From Octopus sinensis (lineage: Eukaryota), in assembly GCF_006345805.1 (NCBI RefSeq), contig NC_043009.1, positions 65,472,001 to 65,536,000 on the forward strand: a DNA stretch of 64,000 nt, read 5' to 3'. This document shows positions 52,301 through 64,000 of this stretch, piece after piece. The position numbers were made by a program, and so were the translations under genes. Positions within the stretch are counted from its first letter, which is position 1. Each line of letters starts with the position of its first letter. The notes beneath the pieces are model-generated. The model did no database searches. It saw nothing but the letters and a program-made list of their open reading frames with translations, and was not told the origin of the DNA.

Positions 52301-54134
52301 ATTCAGATGCCTGGAGTTCTGGAGTCTTTTGACTTGAGTCCATTCTGTTGCAATAATCAAAGCAGGCTTCGGGTTGCGATGACATATCTCCCTTTCCATC
52401 CCATGAATCTCATAGGCTTTGAAAAAGGGATACTGAGGCTGCCCTTTCTCGTTTTAAAAACTCCTGGTAGAATCAGAGACATAATCTGTTTGCAATAAAG
52501 ATTTGAGCTTATAATGTAAAGAGATGAAACTCTATTCATCATGAAACAAATAGTCTAGTGCAGGGTTATGAATTTATCAGGAGACAGTTATAGTTAATTA
52601 AATAAACTCTAGGGAATGAATGATACTCATTTGATGAACATTGGTGCGAGAAATTGATAAACCGGTTCTGGCAGGATTTCGACATTATTATGTCGAGGTA
52701 TGAATCTAAATGTAGAAAATGGATTTGCTGCCTTTATTTGTCTATATTATATGACTATTCAGTCAGTGCAAAATCTGGATAACATAATACAAAATAAACT
52801 TCCAATACCAATTCGATACTGAAAACGGACTTCACAAAGTACAGACCAAAGACTATGTCGGTGTAAAGTATTTTATGTCAGACTATGGATTGGTGTATGG
52901 TTAGAATTGTAGGCCGTTGATGAACAATTAAGTTTCTACTTAATATTATTTAACGATTAAATCTAAAGAAAGAGGTCAGATTGAACACTGGCAACAAAAT
53001 AAACATCACAGCTTTCATCTAAAACCCAGGTGGTGATAGGAAACCACCTCACAACAGGAGCGTTCTTTCCAAACGGATTACAGAGAATTTTGGTTTACAA
53101 AAATCAGTCGCAAACCTTTGGTTAACCTATGACATTGAAGAACACACTTTACCAAAGTGCACAGGGTACTTTCTAATCAATCCTAAAACTACGCATGTGT
53201 GAAGTGAACCTCTTGACAAATTCAAAGAATATATACACTTGAATTTTTTCTTCTATCATTTTCAGGCCACGAAAGGAATTATATGAACACGCCGCTTACT
53301 CCACAACTATTTCAGATCGGATTAGAACCAGAAACCAGATTGGTTTCGTTAAGTGCTTAGTATCTGAGCAGGTGATGCAACACAAAGGAATTTGGAGGAT
53401 ACAAGCCATTGATTATTGGATAATCCATTATTCTATCTGAGAGATTATTTTTCACCTCATCCTGGGTATATTTCTCTGTAAAATCTTTAAAACAGAAGTC
53501 TTATTCATACTTTCTCCTTTTCTCTAACTACTGTTTCCGTGGGGGACATTGCAGGATTTGCAAGAACCTTAATTTACTGCTTTCAGATTAGTACAACACA
53601 GAATATTCCTGCCTTGCTACAAGCATTTGTAAGTGATAGATCATGCGGCAGATGTTAGCATTTCTAGAATAATTAATTATTTCATATTCCCTAAAGATGG
53701 TCCATAGTATCTTTTATATTTTCATTAATTTCATAACCGGAGAGAGAGAGAGAGAGAGAACAAAGGAAAATACTATAAATTCAATCCAACACGTGGGGTA
53801 CAATGTAGTCTCTTATTTTGTAACACGGAATTGGATTTTCACTTGGTCTATAAATTGATTATTATGAGAATATCATTTGATTTGTTCCTCGAGAAGGGCG
53901 TATAGGGGGAATTTATAGTATCTCTTTGATAGAGGCTAGGAATTGCATGACCCATTTAACTATTACATCATCGTCATTGACAAACAATTAGCGGTAAAAC
54001 TCTGGAAAATATACATTTTGCTGCAAGATTGAATATACTGAAAAAAATTTATGGCAGATTCATTAAACATGAATCTATATCCAACTATATATGATACTAT
54101 CAGTGTTGCATTTTGTTTCACCTTATCTCATGAA

Positions 54135-54495
54135 CGATACTGACTCTTTCTACCATAGGCACCAGGCCTAGAAGTTGTGGGAAAGGGACAGGTTCATTAC
54201 GTCGACCCCAGTGCTTGTAATTTATTTGATTAACCCCCAAATGACTAAAGGTACAATTGACTTTGGCATGCGAACGAATGTTTTCTACTCTAGCCACAAG
54301 GCCCGAAGTTTTGGTGGGAGGGGGCCAGTCGATTAGATCGACTCCAGTACGCAACTGGTACTTAATTTAATCGACCCCGAAAGGATGAAAGGTAAAGTCG
54401 GCCTCGGCGGAATTTGAACTCAGAACGTAAAGACCGGCGAAATAGAACTAAGCATTTCGCCCGGCTACCTAACGATTCTGCCAGCTCGCCGCCTT
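54135..54495 (-). mobile_element. SINE family B tandem cluster
   Basis: Partial plus full unit. Confidence 0.85.
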
Positions 54496-54819
54496 ATGAA
54501 CAACATTAATAATGAAATATGCAAGGTCTTGGTTAGTAAAAGTAATATTTGGATAGTTCCAGATCTTTACGTTCTGGTTTCAAATCACGCCGCAGTCAAC
54601 TTTCTAACAGTCTGCAATGCCCGAAAAGATAAATTAATAAAATGTCAAGCGAAATAACTTGAAGTAGTCCAATATTTCCTTTTACAATTCAATTCAAAGC
54701 CTGTCTTAGTTTTCTTTTCCTTTCATACATCTACATCTCAGATCGATAAAATAGATACTTAGTTATTGTTTCACCACAGAAAAAGTTTCCACCAAAACAA
54801 GGAGGTATTTCTTAAGCAA

Positions 54820-55265
54820 TATATCCTTTTCTACTCTAGGCACAAGGCTCGAAATTTTTTTTTTTTTGGGGGGGGGGTACCAGTCGATTAGATCGAGCCA
54901 GTACGCAACCGATACTTATTTAATCGACCCCGAAAGGATGAAAGGTAAAGTCGACCTCGGTGGAATTTGAACTCAGAACGTAAAGACAGACGTGATACCT
55001 CTAAGCATTTCTTCTGGCGTGCTAACGTTTCTTATTTCTTTTCTGCCTACAAGGGGATAAACACAGAGAGGATAAACAAGCACAGACAATCGGATTGAAT
55101 CGATTACATCGACTCCAGTGCGTAACTGGTACTTAATTGATCGACTCTGAATGGATGAAAGGCAAAGTCGACATCGGCGGAATTTGAACTCAGAACGTAA
55201 CGGCAGACAAAATACCGCTAAGTATTTCGCCCGGCGTGCTAATGTTTCTGCCAGCACGCCGCCTT
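54820..55265 (-). mobile_element. SINE family B head-to-tail dimer
   Basis: Two cores joined at about 55030. Confidence 0.88.
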
Positions 55266-56639
55266 AATGTTTTATACCATTCTCAGTTTTAGCCCTACCG
55301 TGAGATTAGGGTGGAGACGGATGGATTACATATCTTTATTTTGGTGTAGAAATATTTCAAAACGAAAAGTCTTAGGTAGTATCAGAAAATAGATCGTTGT
55401 GCCAGGATCGATAAACTTAACATCAGTGATATTGGCAATCGTAACCCTGTAGAAAAGAAGGGTAAGCAACATCATAAAATCGTCTATATCCATAACATAT
55501 TATAAATGTTAAACGAGACACATTCATTCACTGTAAATAAATGTGGAATCACCGAGAAGTATCAACAACCAAAATATATTCTATGCTAACCCTGCTAAGA
55601 AGTTGACGAAATAAACACTGTCGGCTTTACTGAAGCTATGTGCAAAACATTTGAAGTTTGTTACAACCAATGATTTAAATACACGTAATACCTACAATTA
55701 GTAATGCATTGAATAGAATCAAGACCAATCAGAAATCGAGGAATAGAAGGCAGGCAAAGAAATACTACGTAGATAACGGAAGATCAAATTGGATTCGGAT
55801 TTCAAAATGTAGGGGCTTCAAATTGATCCGTATAGGGATAATTTGGTAATAGAATCATATCTCGAGTGAACAATTTGATCAGATTAACCAGAAAATATTG
55901 CACATTTTTGACAATGATATTTGGAACCTGTTTTGAATTAATGCAAATGAAAGCAAGAATGAATGGTGTATCATTATATAGAAGGAGCGCGAGACCTTAT
56001 TAACAAGCAAAGTGTCATTGCATTAAATTGTGACATATTGAAACCAACACGAAAGTCCTGCCCCTGCAATATTGTTAATGCTGCTTATATTGATAGTTCC
56101 ATCTCCTTCAAGTCACACTTTGCTACTTAAACATCTCTCTCTAAAAAAAAAGACTGACACACAAAAGCAGGAAGGAAACGTGGAATCGTATCAAAAGACT
56201 CCTTTTGACGTTCACAGTTGAACACCTTTGCTTCGAGTTCCTTGGATCTGGTTTAACAGAGGAATAAGTCGCACCGACAGCGGTCGTTTGTTGTTTTGCC
56301 GTAAAACAAAAATTTCAGATCGTTTTAAAAAAAGCAAGAAACTCGGTTATTGAAGATTCATCCATGAACATAATCGTTAAAATAATTTGTAAAAAAAATA
56401 TTTTGGGATCCATAAACCGGTAAAACGTCTAAATAGCATTCTACAGTCTGAAACATGGAAACAATCCTACTTAGTTATTTTGAATGTGATGCAATCTGTA
56501 AATAAGGAAAAGAAGAACAATATGTCAACAAAGCTAGAAAATATTCTGAATTCATTCCGGTATTAGAGAGAAACAGTTTGCACTCGACTTCTTAAGATAT
56601 GAATAAGAGTGAGATTTTCCGTTGACAAGTCTAGAGAGA

Positions 56640-56642
<3 letters not shown>

Positions 56643-56704
<62 letters not shown>

Positions 56705-56725
56705 ATATATATATATATTATTATA

Positions 56726-56767
<42 letters not shown>

Positions 56768-56802
56768 ATAATATATTATATAATATATATATATATATAT
56801 AT

Positions 56803-56836
<34 letters not shown>

Positions 56837-56861
56837 AATATGTATATATAATATATATATA

Positions 56862-56943
<82 letters not shown>

Positions 56944-56976
56944 TATATATTATATGTATATATATATATCTATATA

Positions 56977-57030
<54 letters not shown>

Positions 57031-57043
57031 ATAATATATATAT

Positions 57044-57085
<42 letters not shown>

Positions 57086-57112
57086 TATATATATATTATA
57101 TATATATATATA
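56643..57112. repeat. Long interrupted (TA)n array
   Basis: Direct reading. Other long TA-rich arrays lie at about 3320-3435, 4918-5075, 13505-13600, 14690-15235, 15595-15885, 43850-44170 and 63250-63390. Confidence 0.97.
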
Positions 57113-57443
57113 TGGCTCAGTGTAGAGCGTCGAGCTTACGATCGTGAGGTTGTGAGCTCGAATCCCGGACCGGGCTGCGTGTTGTGTTCTTGAGCAAGGC
57201 CCTTTATTTCACGTTGCTCCAGTTCACTCAGCTGTAGAAATGAGTTGCGACGTCACTGGTGCCAAGCTGTATCGACCTTTGTCTTTCCCTTGGATAACAC
57301 TGGTGGTGTGGAGAGGGGAGGCTGGTATGCATGGGCGACTGCTGGTCTCCATAAACACCTTGCCCGGACTTGTGTCTAGGAGGGTAACTTTCTAGTGCAA
57401 TCCCATGGTCATTCATGACCGAAGGGGGTCTTTACCCTTACCC
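57113..57443 (+). mobile_element. SINE family C within the long TA array
   Basis: Homologous to 27691-27994. Confidence 0.88.
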
Positions 57444-57466
57444 ATATATATATAATATATATATAT

Positions 57467-57499
<33 letters not shown>

Positions 57500-57504
<5 letters not shown>

Positions 57505-57685
57505 CTTTATTGCCCACAAGGGGCTGAGCATAGAGGGGCAAACAAGGACAGACAACGGGATTAAGTCGATTACATCAACTCCAGTGCGCAATTGGTACTT
57601 AATTTATCGAACCCGAAAGGATGAAAGGCAAAGCCGACCTCGGTGGAATTTGAACTCATAACGTAACGGCAGACGAAATACAGCT
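57500..57685 (-). mobile_element. SINE family B, 5'-truncated
   Basis: TATTTCTTTATTGCCCACAAGGGGC...GGCAGACGAAATAC. Confidence 0.85.
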
Positions 57686-58260
57686 ATATATTTATATTTC
57701 GGAGAAAGGAGACTCGAAATGACGAGAGAAGTAGCAAAAGGAAAAGAACGTAAGTTGTGACATTGTCACGCGGTTCTCTTCCCCTGATTATTGATAACGA
57801 AAAGCGAGTGAAATTTTTTTCCAACTGTGACTCAAAACCGTGTCAATATCTAAAATCTGAAGCCACCACGCCGGGTTAGCCAACCTGTATACTTATTTAT
57901 GACAAAGCAAAAACTGAATAATAATCATAGCTGACAAACATACACTTCTGTCAAAATTGGTAAACAAAGGAATCTCTGTCTCCACACAAAACATTGTGTA
58001 CATTTTTCAGTGTCTTTCTTATCAAATTCCTATCGAATGTCATGACCAGTTGCATTGTATAGAAAGCGTGCCTCGGTGCGACTAGTTTCATTAGTAACTT
58101 GCTGTTCGGTCATGTATTATTCAACAAATTAGAAAACATAGAATTATTTTTAGCAATTCATTGTAACACACCTATGTCTACGCTGATGTTTAATGCGTGT
58201 GGGGGTGTGTATGTGTACATGGATGTTCACGTGTATATATATATATATACATGTGTGTGT

Positions 58261-58595
58261 CCTAGTATTAAGAATGGGAAGAACAGAAATTCACTCATAT
58301 TATGTTTACTATCATATGTATGTGTATGATAGTAAACTATCATATGTAAGTGTATGTATGTGTGTATTTGCGGCGAGCTGGCAGAAACGTTAAGCAGGCC
58401 GGACGAAATGCGTAGCGGTATTTCGTCTGCGGTTACGTTCGGAGTTCAAATTCTGCCGAGTTCGACTTTGCCTTTCATCCTTTCGGGGTCGATTAAATAA
58501 GTACCAGTCAATCACTGTGGTCGATATAATCGACTTAATCTCCTTGTCTGCCCTTATTTGTACCCTCTATGTTTAGCCCCTTGTGGGCAATAAAG

Positions 58596-58632
<37 letters not shown>

Positions 58633-58846
58633 CTTGTATGTGTGAATGTGTGTGTGTATGTGTTTGTGTATCTGTCTGTCTGTCTGTTTGTATGCGTGTG
58701 TGTGTATCTGTCTGTCAGTCTGTGTGTATGCGTGTGTGGATGCAAGTGTGTTTAAGTAAGTGTAGGTATGTGTGTATTTGCGCGTGCGCGTATGATAGTA
58801 AACATAGTATGAGTGAATTTCTGTTCTTCCCATTGTTAATACTCGG
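58261..58846. repeat. 56-bp inverted repeat interrupted by a SINE/microsatellite insertion
   Basis: 58261-58316 versus 58791-58846: 3 mismatches. Confidence 0.85.
58371..58600 (+). mobile_element. SINE family B, full length
   Basis: Head, core and TAAAGAAATA tail. Confidence 0.88.
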
Positions 58847-59552
58847 ACGCACATTCATGCACACGCATGCGTCGCGTGCGCGCACACACACAGTCACACA
58901 AATATATATATGTAGTAAGCGAAGAAGGATGATTCAATCGAGGTGTTCCCCACGAAAGGCATTCAATCACCGGCGGCTGTCTGAAACTGTATGAAGAATT
59001 TCACTCGTGGTAACTTAGGTTTTGAACAACGAGAAAATCTCGTGAGGCTTACCTCCGCCGTAAGAGTATAAATACAATATATTTAAGAATGGATTTTATT
59101 GTATAATGTTTATTCCAATGTTTACAACAACAATTATTTCATATCTAAAGACAAGCGTGATTGGTTCCTTCGATTTGTAGAAACGATTGTAAACGATAGA
59201 ATAAACTTTACGCTTCCCACATATACACGCGGACCAATATATATATTTTTGTATGTAATATGTAAATACATCTGCGTGTATGTTTGCGCGTGTGCGTGCA
59301 AATCGTGCAAATCAATAGCGCACGAATTTGGGTTTTTCGTATATTTTGTAATATAAAATAAAACATTTTAAACTCATGAAATTCAATATCGATCTAAAAA
59401 AGTAAATAAAATCCTTATTCAACAGGGTTTGTTCCTCCATGTGCAAGGATAGGGATCGATCTTGTGAATGTTAAGTTATGGTAATCCTGCGTCAGACAAA
59501 TATTACGCATTCTCAATTCAGAAAGAATTTAGTGGAGTATAACAAAGTACGT

Positions 59553-59800
59553 GGAGGCGCGTGGCTTAGTGGTTAGAGTGTCAGCACCATGATCGTAAGA
59601 TTGTGATTTCGATTCCTGAACCGGGTGACGCGTTGTGTTCTTGTGCAAAACACTTCATTTCACATTGCTCCAGTCCACTCAGCTGGCGAAAATGAGTAAC
59701 GCTGCGATGGACTGCCGTCCCGTCCAGGTGGGAAACACATACGCCATAGAAACCGGGAAACCTGACTAGGCTTTAAAAGGGCGCATTTATTTTTTATTAT
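59553..59800 (+). mobile_element. tRNA-derived SINE family E with V-domain-like core
   Basis: TGGCTTAGTGG, TTTCGATTCC; CTGCGATGGACTGCCGTCCCGTCCAGG resembles the V-SINE core; its 3' end recurs at 59952-60037. Confidence 0.75.
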
Positions 59801-62032
59801 TATTTTAATGACTTTGTTGTTATTTTGTCATCGTTGTAGAAGTTTTAGATGTCTCCATCCAGGCCAGCCCTGACCCAGCATAAATTGGTCAATGTAATAT
59901 CTACCGTGTTGATCCTTTCATGCCCATCCTGTCTTATTCTGTATTCAGGATGTCCAGCTGGGGAACACATACGCCATTGAAACCGGGAAACCGGGCCCCT
60001 GAGCCTGGCTAGGATTTAAAAGGGGGCATTTATTTTTATAAATTATAACAATGTATAGGATATACGAATTCGGACGTCGGAGGACCGGTCAGTTTTATTA
60101 GTATAAATGTGAGAAATAGAAAGGTGTATGAGCGATGAAAGCACCAGACAACAATGTTTCATCAGTACTTTAAAATCAAAACTATTTTAATAGACATACG
60201 ATTTAACTTGCAGGAGGTAAAGGAGGTAAACTGTTGCCATGAATATGTTACATGTGGACAGAAAAATGGATCTCTAGAAATGTCTTACGTCCAATATTAC
60301 TTGTATCAGATGGTTTAGGAGCTGTTATTAATCACTCATTTTGCTGGGAATAGTGGTTATATCCTCCTCAAAACATCATTATCTTCTTAATAAAGGGTGG
60401 CTAATTTCATAACAGCTGAAATACTATGGATATGGCTTTTGTTCGAACGGCTATGATCGTATCTCTGGCTTATCATGATGGATGTGAACGTAGATTTGGG
60501 GGTCTATCTAAAATGAGGTCTGTTTTGATGAAAATATATAGCGAGCATGAGTGGCTGTACAGAAAGTTCTGTTCCTTTTTACTTTATTTGTAACAAAGTA
60601 GTTTCTGAAACACGGAGCTAAGGGTCGGGCCAATATGGGCCAGACAATTGAAAAAAAAACCCCGACGTGATAGAAAAAAACTTCCATTTTTAGACTCAGT
60701 GATACCAAATTACCCCAAAACAAGTCTGGAACTTAGGTCAGCAGGAAAAAAGTTAGAATTTGTTGGTCAGTGTAATCAATGAAAAAGCTTATAACGCAAA
60801 AGTGGCTTATATACAGCCGCCTTCTTCACAATTTAGCAGCGTGTCAATAAGCTACAACCGTCCTCTGCGGGGAAAAAAACATGTTGTGTCATTAAGCCAT
60901 ACCTGACCTTAAATGTTTAATATCTTATTTACTCCAGATATAAAAAACAGGTTATCATTTCCACACGGACAGTTTCTCCAGCTTAACCACAGTTTAGTGT
61001 TTCGCCCCTCTACGTGTCCCTTCAAGCTTTCTTGCTTAATGCTTATTTATATTTGAAGTAGTTTTGATAACTCTTTCCACGCACCTTCTTGTTCCAGTGA
61101 CCATGTCTCTTTAAGTGAACATCAACAAGTGAAAAGGCCAATCCTTGAAAACTGCTCGAATTTAACTGACAACTTCATGTTTCTTTCATGGCCTTCTCCG
61201 AGTTGCATACTCATGGGTTTGGGGAAATCATCATCGTTTTCTCAAAGCGCCAAATACTAACACAGGAGATGTCGACTCCAAGAGTTCTTGCTATAACATA
61301 ATATACATTTGTAACAATTACTTCCATTTAATGTGTAGCTTCTCAGTTCAGATTGACAATGAAAGAAAATAAAATAATGAAGATGGTACAGACGTAAAGT
61401 TAACAACAAATGTGCAATTGAAAGCTTTATTCATTGAAGCTTGAAAACTATTTAAATTAACGACATTAGAAAGAAAAAAATGCATATATATTTACATAGG
61501 TAATAATTGCGAAATAACGCATTATAAAGTAAGTCGTTTAAGTTTAAAGAAAAGAAGCCGACTTATATGAGAGCGAAGAGAACCCAGATAACTCTGATAA
61601 TGTGTATGTAGGTTTGAATGTACATACATGTATATATGGTTCCATACATTGTGTGTCTGTGCTTGCGTGTGTGTTTGTGTGTGCATTCTTGTATGCGTGC
61701 AAACGAACGCACACGTGATGTGTGAAGGAATATGTAAATCGTCTAAGATTTACACCCAAGGATTTATTACACAATGTATGTCGTATGTACGTGTTACAAA
61801 TTTTCCACACGCACACACACACACACACACGCATATATGCATGTATATGTATATATGTACGTATGCATATTCATGTGTATATGTAGCACAAACACACACA
61901 AACATGTATATATATATATATATTATATATATATATATGTATAGACACATACATACATATACATATTTATATACATAGATATACTTATATATATATATAT
62001 ATACATATATACATACATACATACATACACAT

Positions 62033-62065
<33 letters not shown>

Positions 62066-63754
62066 CATATATATACATATATATACATATTATATATATA
62101 TACATATATATATACATACATATACGTACATATATATATATATATATATATACAGTCTTGTTTTCTTTTTTTATAGTCTGACAATCAATCGAGTTTAAAT
62201 CGGAAGATTTCTAACTAGGGAATTCCGAACAGGAAATGGGCTGACAAACAAGAAGATTCTATTATGGAAAGACGTCTTGCCATTGTCAAGTGAAGCGCAT
62301 TAGCAGCTGCTTTTACTGAATTTGCCTTCGGCTCTATTGCGTCTGCGTAAGGATATAGCAAGCAAGACGGAAAAAGGGGGAGTGCAAGGCAAGAACCAGA
62401 GTCAGAATGTAATGCAAGGGACTGAAGGATACTTCAGAGAAGGAAGGGTTATATATTGAGAGAGTTTTGAACAAGCTTAGAGAGATAGACATAGAGGTAG
62501 GAAAGAGAGACAGTGAGTTGGACGTGGAGTGTGATATATGGATATATATATACATATATATATATATAATATATATATATTATATATATATATAATATAT
62601 ATATATATAATATATATATATATATGCGTATATATATAGAGTATGAGATGACAAGGTCCTCAGCTGCTCGAACGTTTAGAAGGAAGAGCCAAAATACATA
62701 GTGCCCGTTTTACCGCCCTACATCGGTTATGGATGCCCCAAATCTGTTTGCTGTGAATTTTGTTTCACTCATTTTTTTCTCCCGGGCTTTCCTCTTGTTC
62801 AACTCTGTCTCTCTGTCTCTCTATCTCACTCTATCTAACTATCTGTCTATATATCTATCTCTCTTTCTTTCTCTTTTTCTCTCTCTCACTCTCTCTCTCT
62901 CTCTCTTTCTCAATCTGCTCTTAATATTTCTCCGCCAATCCCTGCACTCTCCTTCCCTGACTTCTCCACCCTTCTGCAACGTCATACTCACTCATGTGGA
63001 ACGGACAACCAATCAATCAATTGCAGCAAAATGGTTATTGACTTGACGACAAGTGCTTCGGTGGACTTGTCCCAAGAAAGATAGCTGTCAAGTACCAAGT
63101 GACAAGTGACAAGTGACAAGGATGTCGCCAATTTAAAATAGGACCCGGATGGAGAAGGTAATCCTAAAAAAAAATATCTATTAAACACATGAAGGGTTCT
63201 TTCATGACTCCCACAACAGCGTTCAAAATTAACGATTGCAACAATTAACATATATATATATATATAATATATAATATATATATATATATATATTATATAT
63301 ATTATATATATTATATATATATATATATATTTACATATGTATGTATTTATGTATGTATATATATATATATATATATTATATTATATATAAAAGTTAAAGA
63401 ATGAGGGTAGAAATTAATATTAATTAAATTAATATCAATTTAAATTAGTGGCCTGGTATATTTTTCAAAAGACTGAAAATAAAGACAATTATATTACATA
63501 TATATATAAAGAGGAATGACCACCAGGTTGATTCCTAATATACTAGAAGACCCCAAATGGTCTAAACACAAAGACAATTCTTGAGAACAATTTTGTTCGT
63601 GATTAAACCATTTGGTCTATACAAATTATGGAATTATGGGGGTTTAGTTCACAGGTGATCTAAACGATTAGGTATACTAAGTGGTGTAACGAATTATATA
63701 TATAGTGTTAAGAGAGTGTTGAATAAATGTAAAATGAAATCAAATTTTTTTCTA

Positions 63755-63910
63755 CTCCATGCAGAAGACCCGAAATTTGGGAGGAGGAGGCCAGTCAATT
63801 AGATCGACCCCAGTATGCAACTGGTACTTAATTTATCAACTCCGAATGGATGAAGGGCAGAGTCGACCTCAGCGGAATTTGAACTCAGATCGTAAAGACA
63901 GACGAAATGC
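63755..63910 (-). mobile_element. SINE family B, partial
   Basis: CAACTGGTACTTAATTTATC...GGAATTTGAACTCAG. Confidence 0.8.
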
Positions 63911-64000
63911 AAAATGAAACCAAATTAAAAAACAAATGATAATGATAATGATGATGATGACATTGCTTTGATGAATATATTGTTATGGCGACGACATCCG

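Noticed and set aside
52290-52480. Possible Tc1-like transposase relic on the minus strand
   Set aside because: Similarity to WPxxSPDLNP-type motifs is too weak to call by eye.
63095-63122. (CAAGTGA)n cluster as NK2/Meis enhancer
   Set aside because: A short 7-mer tandem repeat is sufficient explanation; there is no conservation data.
63541-63570. CTAGAA-GACC(ccaaat)GGTC-TAAAC, a possible decayed HHR in a TA-flanked element
   Set aside because: Both core segments are mutated and no stem I or III can be shown.

Overview
AT-rich, repeat-dense eukaryotic DNA with no host protein-coding exon that I can support. Almost all ORF-track hits are translations of (TA)n/(CA)n/(TACA)n microsatellites or of SINEs. 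The repeat landscape (tRNA-derived SINE families, Dong/R4 and CR1/L2-like LINE relics, very long TA arrays) points to an octopus/coleoid cephalopod genome; this is inferred, not database-checked. Contents: about 30 copies or fragments of at least 5 tRNA-SINE families (labelled A-E here), a decayed APE-type LINE (37.2-39.8 kb), Dong/R4 fragments (7.6-8.3 kb), a mariner transposase relic (22.6-22.9 kb), a non-autonomous Helitron-like element (47.1-47.5 kb) and several foldback/inverted repeats. The main unannotated signal is a set of type-I hammerhead ribozyme (HHR) motifs from about 6 sequence families, most of them next to (TA)n tracts. The most striking is 44169-46029: a near-identical 474-bp non-coding unit, highly structured and carrying an HHR, present as about 2.6 direct copies plus about 1.3 inverted copies. 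Its geometry fits twin-primed copying of a multimeric or circular RNA (retrozyme/Penelope-like). A second cluster at 28.0-31.7 kb contains a decayed Penelope-like GIY-YIG 3' end, a canonical HHR, a candidate U3-A8 covariant HHR inside a perfect 154-bp inverted repeat, and a further HHR. All alignments and folds were done by eye.
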